Of a stretch of 64,000 bases of DNA, positions 60,565-64,000 are shown piece after piece. Numbering within the stretch: position 1 is the stretch's first letter; each line of letters opens with the position of its first letter. This stretch comes from a virus, in IMG/VR virus record IMGVR_UViG_3300032245_001163; one strand, given 5' to 3'. The position numbers and the translations under genes are program-made. A model generated the notes under the pieces. It worked only from the letters and a program-made list of their open reading frames with translations. It was not told where the DNA came from and did no database searches.

Positions 60565-62569
60565 GTTTGACGTATTTTATTTCAGTGATGGGCGTAAGCC
60601 AAATTTGTTTCCACACGAGAGATCAGTGGATTCATTCCAGCATGCGCAGAAGTTGAGTCGCACACGATTTTTCTGGATTGTGCATTACTTAGCGGATTAC
60701 ACAGACTGGGACTTTCTTTGGGAACCGGTGCCCTGGCAAGCTGATCAACGTCATGCATGGGCAAGCCAATGGCAACCAGATTCAGGCACATACCTTGTAC
60801 CCAGAGCAGGCTATGAACATACAAACTATCATGCGGATCGAGTCATAACAAGACTGCCTAGTCGCAATGGTTGGCGCATACCTCCAAACATAGATGCAGA
60901 TACGTTTGACTTTTCCTGGCACCCAAGACCTGATGAACACTATCAGCATCACTTTCCCACACAATGGCAGACCGCAGGCGGACCTGTGTACAATTCGGGT
61001 GCTGACACAATTAAAATGGAAACGTGTCAACATGCAACAGCACGGCCCACCAAAAAGCCGTGGACTGTGCCTGCAGGAGTTGAGCCAGTGGATCAGTCAT
61101 GGCACCCAAATCCGTTTGATCCGCCTTACGTGTATCAGTTTGGCACACAGCATCAACGCACAGGTGGTCCAGTATACACAGTGTCTGGTGCAACAGAAGT
61201 AAAATATGTTGATCAAATACGTGCCACAACCAACAGAGTGGCCACTGCTGTATATGAAATAGATCACATGTGTGGGTCAGCAGTGCAAATACCCGGTACC
61301 ACAAAGACTGTGCGATACTTTGACAACTACAGAGACACATTGATACGCATTGCTAAGAGCATTGGCGATCAACATGAGTTTGTGTGGGTGTGCTCAAGCA
61401 TTTGTGATTACACGGGCTTTGACTTTTCCTGGCATCCCGAACAATGGCAGGCCACCATGCTACATGTGTTCCGATCCAACGATCAAAAGTTTGGTGATAC
61501 ATTCTTCATGCATGTACCTACGTTTGCTGTGAGAGCAGAAAAGAAGGAACTGCTGGAATGGTATGATGTGAACTTTGTTGACATCAGTGTGCCACGCAAT
61601 GCCATGCCTGTGATTGTGCATGGCAACGACAGTCAAGTTGATGCTGTAAAGAACACTGAGTGGGCAGGACCCTTGGCTGTGTTTACCAACCACGATTATG
61701 TTCCCGGCAACGTGTTCAATCATGTACCACTGTGGCGCGAACAAACCAAAGCCATTGTGCCCATCAGTGATGGTGCTGGCACAGTTGTAGTACCACGCAC
61801 CGCTGTGCCTTATATAAAGACACAGTTGTATGATTATCCTTACATAGATCGAAGCCAACGTGTGCTGCAAGATCCGCCCTTGGACATTGTGTTCATCAGC
61901 AATGGTGAAATAAATGCCGACATTTACTTTGAACATTTGGAATACACAGCCCACGACGCAAATCATAAGAATCTCATGCATCATGTGTCTGGCGTGAATG
62001 GACGTGTGGCAGCATATCAAGCGGCTGCTAGACAGAGTACTACGCCTTGGTTCTTTGCTGTGTTTGCTAAACTGGAAGTCACTAGAGATTTTGACTGGAC
62101 ATGGCAACCTGATCGCATGCAACAGGCCAAGCACTATATCTTTCATGCACACAATCCTGTGAACGGATTGGTATATGGACACCAGGCCATGATTGCTTAT
62201 AACAAGCAGTTGGTGTTGGAGAATACTGGGCAAGGATTAGACTTTACACTGGACCAACCACATGAAGTTGTGCCCATTGTGTCAGGCACAGCCATGTATC
62301 ATGATTCAGACTGGATGTGCTGGCGTACTGCATTCCGTGAAGTGCTCAAACTCAAAGCAAGTTTGCCTGATGTGGAAAGCGAACACAGACTCAACCGGTG
62401 GCTCACTGTTGATACTACAGAGGGTGGTTGGAGTCAGAAAGGCGCTGAAGACGGCGTGGAGTATTATGACTCAGTTGGTGGCGACTTTGCTGCACTAAAG
62501 AAAAGTTATGAGTGGGACTGGTTGGCCACGTATGCGTTTATGAAACGCAGTCTAACACCGAATCAATAA
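60563..62569 (+). CDS. Multi-repeat glycosyltransferase-like protein
   Basis: Repeated FDFSWHP-type modules; C-terminal domain (DIVFISNGE, GVNGRVAAYQAAA, NGLVYG, WRTAFRE..KL) paralogous to 40994..41920. Confidence 0.6.
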   Translation: MFDVFYFSDGRKPNLFPHERSVDSFQHAQKLSRTRFFWIVHYLADYTDWDFLWEPVPWQADQRHAWASQWQPDSGTYLVPRAGYEHTNYHADRVITRLPSRNGWRIPPNIDADTFDFSWHPRPDEHYQHHFPTQWQTAGGPVYNSGADTIKMETCQHATARPTKKPWTVPAGVEPVDQSWHPNPFDPPYVYQFGTQHQRTGGPVYTVSGATEVKYVDQIRATTNRVATAVYEIDHMCGSAVQIPGTTKTVRYFDNYRDTLIRIAKSIGDQHEFVWVCSSICDYTGFDFSWHPEQWQATMLHVFRSNDQKFGDTFFMHVPTFAVRAEKKELLEWYDVNFVDISVPRNAMPVIVHGNDSQVDAVKNTEWAGPLAVFTNHDYVPGNVFNHVPLWREQTKAIVPISDGAGTVVVPRTAVPYIKTQLYDYPYIDRSQRVLQDPPLDIVFISNGEINADIYFEHLEYTAHDANHKNLMHHVSGVNGRVAAYQAAARQSTTPWFFAVFAKLEVTRDFDWTWQPDRMQQAKHYIFHAHNPVNGLVYGHQAMIAYNKQLVLENTGQGLDFTLDQPHEVVPIVSGTAMYHDSDWMCWRTAFREVLKLKASLPDVESEHRLNRWLTVDTTEGGWSQKGAEDGVEYYDSVGGDFAALKKSYEWDWLATYAFMKRSLTPNQ

Positions 62570-63632
62570 CATACTCAACTTCCAAGTCTGTTAGTTCAGG
62601 ATAGATAGGTAGACTCAAACATCTACGTGCCAGACTGCTGCCAGCACTCAGCAAGTCTGGTGCGGGATAGTGTTGGTATGCTGGCAACTCATGCATGGGT
62701 GTTGCATAGTGTACTTTGGTTTCAATCTTGCGCAAGGCAAGGTTGCGTTGAACAATGTCTCGATTGTCTACTGTGATCACAAACTTGTGAAAGCAATGTG
62801 TTTCAAAGTTTGAATCATCAATCAAACAAGTGATGTCTGGATGTTTCTTCAACATCTCCATCCAGTGCTGTGCAATGGTACGTCTACGTTGCTGCCATTT
62901 ATCAATGTGGCGTGTTTTTACTAACATCTGCGCACAGTCTGTTTCGCTCATTCTGCTGTTGGTACCTATCTCAGCATGGTTGGTACGTTTACCATTACTG
63001 ATCCAGTTTCTAGCAAACTCCATCAAGTCGCGATTGGCAGTAACTATGGCACCACCATTGCCATAGTTGGCTAGATTTTTTGTGGGATCAAAACTGATGG
63101 CACAATCACCCACACGTTGACATTTGTTGCTGAGCCAATGCTGTGCGCCATCTTCTATGATGGGGTGAGTCAATGACCACACACTTTGTTTCATTTCGTT
63201 GAGTGCTTGCCCATACAAGCCTATAGCACAAATGGCCTGGATATCTGTGCTGTGTTTAAGTTTGGTCATGTCTATGACACCATATCGGTCAGTGTCTACG
63301 ATGTGCAAGTTCCAGCCTGCTCGCACAAAGGCATTCAGCGTGGCAGGATAAGTCATTGTAGGCACGGCCACAGTGGGTGTGTCGGGACGACCTGCTTGCA
63401 ACAACATCCACTCAGCAATGATTTCCAATGCTTGTGTACCTGAGTGGCAAGTCACAGCATAGGGTTGATGGTTGCGGCGAGCCAACCAATCCTCAAACTC
63501 ATAGGTATAGTTGCCATTCATGAGTTGTCCTGAACGCAACACTGTGTCTGTAACGTCCAGGATCTCAGTGCGGAGGTTGTTATACTGTTTTCGGATTCCA
63601 GTAAACGGAATTGTTAAGCCAGTTGTAGTAAT
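62538..63632 (-). CDS. DegT/DnrJ/EryC1/StrS family PLP-dependent sugar aminotransferase
   Basis: SGTQALE, TYPAT, IIEDGAQ, SFDPTKNL..YGNGGAI (PLP lysine), GTNSRM, LSLPIYPEL; frame extends upstream of 63542 through IPFTGIRKQY to an ATT at 63632 (start uncertain). Confidence 0.88.
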   Translation of the reverse strand: MTTTGLTIPFTGIRKQYNNLRTEILDVTDTVLRSGQLMNGNYTYEFEDWLARRNHQPYAVTCHSGTQALEIIAEWMLLQAGRPDTPTVAVPTMTYPATLNAFVRAGWNLHIVDTDRYGVIDMTKLKHSTDIQAICAIGLYGQALNEMKQSVWSLTHPIIEDGAQHWLSNKCQRVGDCAISFDPTKNLANYGNGGAIVTANRDLMEFARNWISNGKRTNHAEIGTNSRMSETDCAQMLVKTRHIDKWQQRRRTIAQHWMEMLKKHPDITCLIDDSNFETHCFHKFVITVDNRDIVQRNLALRKIETKVHYATPMHELPAYQHYPAPDLLSAGSSLARRCLSLPIYPELTDLEVEYVIDSVLDCVS

Positions 63633-64000
63633 TTTGGAATCCTTCTTCTACATCTACTTTGGGGTCAAAACTCAAAATAGTTTTAGCCCTGTCGATATTT
63701 AATGCACCGCGGCTGGGAAAGTCTGCATCCTTGTCGCGAACTTCAATAGTACCTCGACCCACAATCTTCACAATCATTTCTGCAGCTTCTAGTAGACTCA
63801 CACTGTGTGATTTAGTAATGTTGAATGTCATGTTGCGACACATAATACGTGTAGCGGCAGCAACAATACCATCAGCAGCATCATCCACATAGGTAAAGTC
63901 TAGTGTTTCGTTTGCTCCATTAACTCGGAGCACTCCGCCGCGCATTGCTGTGAGCATGAATTTGGCAACGACTCGGTCTTCAACATCAAGTGGCCCATAA
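63580..64000 (-). CDS. NAD-dependent NDP-sugar epimerase/dehydratase, C-terminal part (runs off the right edge)
   Basis: YGPLDVEDRVVAKF, LDFTYVDDAADGI, TFNIT, AKTILSFDPKVDVEEG. Confidence 0.85.
   Translation of the reverse strand, partial: YGPLDVEDRVVAKFMLTAMRGGVLRVNGANETLDFTYVDDAADGIVAAATRIMCRNMTFNITKSHSVSLLEAAEMIVKIVGRGTIEVRDKDADFPSRGALNIDRAKTILSFDPKVDVEEGFQNYYNWLNNSVYWNPKTV

Noticed and set aside
61460-62233. 257-aa antisense ORF
   Set aside because: Lies wholly opposite the 668-aa GT-like gene, with no motif or RBS; a shadow ORF.
1-64000. Stop-codon recoding, introns/inteins, tRNAs, integrase or transposase
   Set aside because: Genes are full length in the standard code with TAA, TGA and TAG all used as stops; intergenic gaps are too short for RNA genes; no such motifs recognised by eye.

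Overview
A 64 kb segment of a large T4-superfamily-like myovirus (tailed dsDNA phage), standard genetic code, very densely coded with many ATGA start/stop overlaps. Left (1-7.8 kb, minus strand): late sigma factor gp55 and the gp47/gp46 recombination nuclease, interleaved with two radical SAM genes (one B12-binding type). Middle (7.9-38.8 kb, plus strand): a late baseplate/tail module (tube-cap-like, gp53, hub, gp5, gp25, gp6, a 5173-aa giant structural protein, fibre-like proteins) with gp55-type TAAATA promoters, ended by a terminator. Right (38.8-64 kb): a ~25 kb sugar-biosynthesis and tailoring island with seven paralogous radical SAM enzymes carrying an N-terminal twitch/SPASM-like domain, about eight glycosyltransferase-like genes (four GT10-like 'TEK' proteins, four GT-A-like), a GDP-mannose 3,5-epimerase, a CmcH/NodU carbamoyltransferase with a 33-aa partner peptide, an amidinotransferase, an SGNH-like protein, a DegT aminotransferase and a second NDP-sugar epimerase. 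This aminoglycoside-pathway-like toolkit in a phage is the main candidate for an undescribed system. All functional calls rest on motif recognition by eye; no searches were run. No tRNA, rRNA, CRISPR array or mobile element was recognised.
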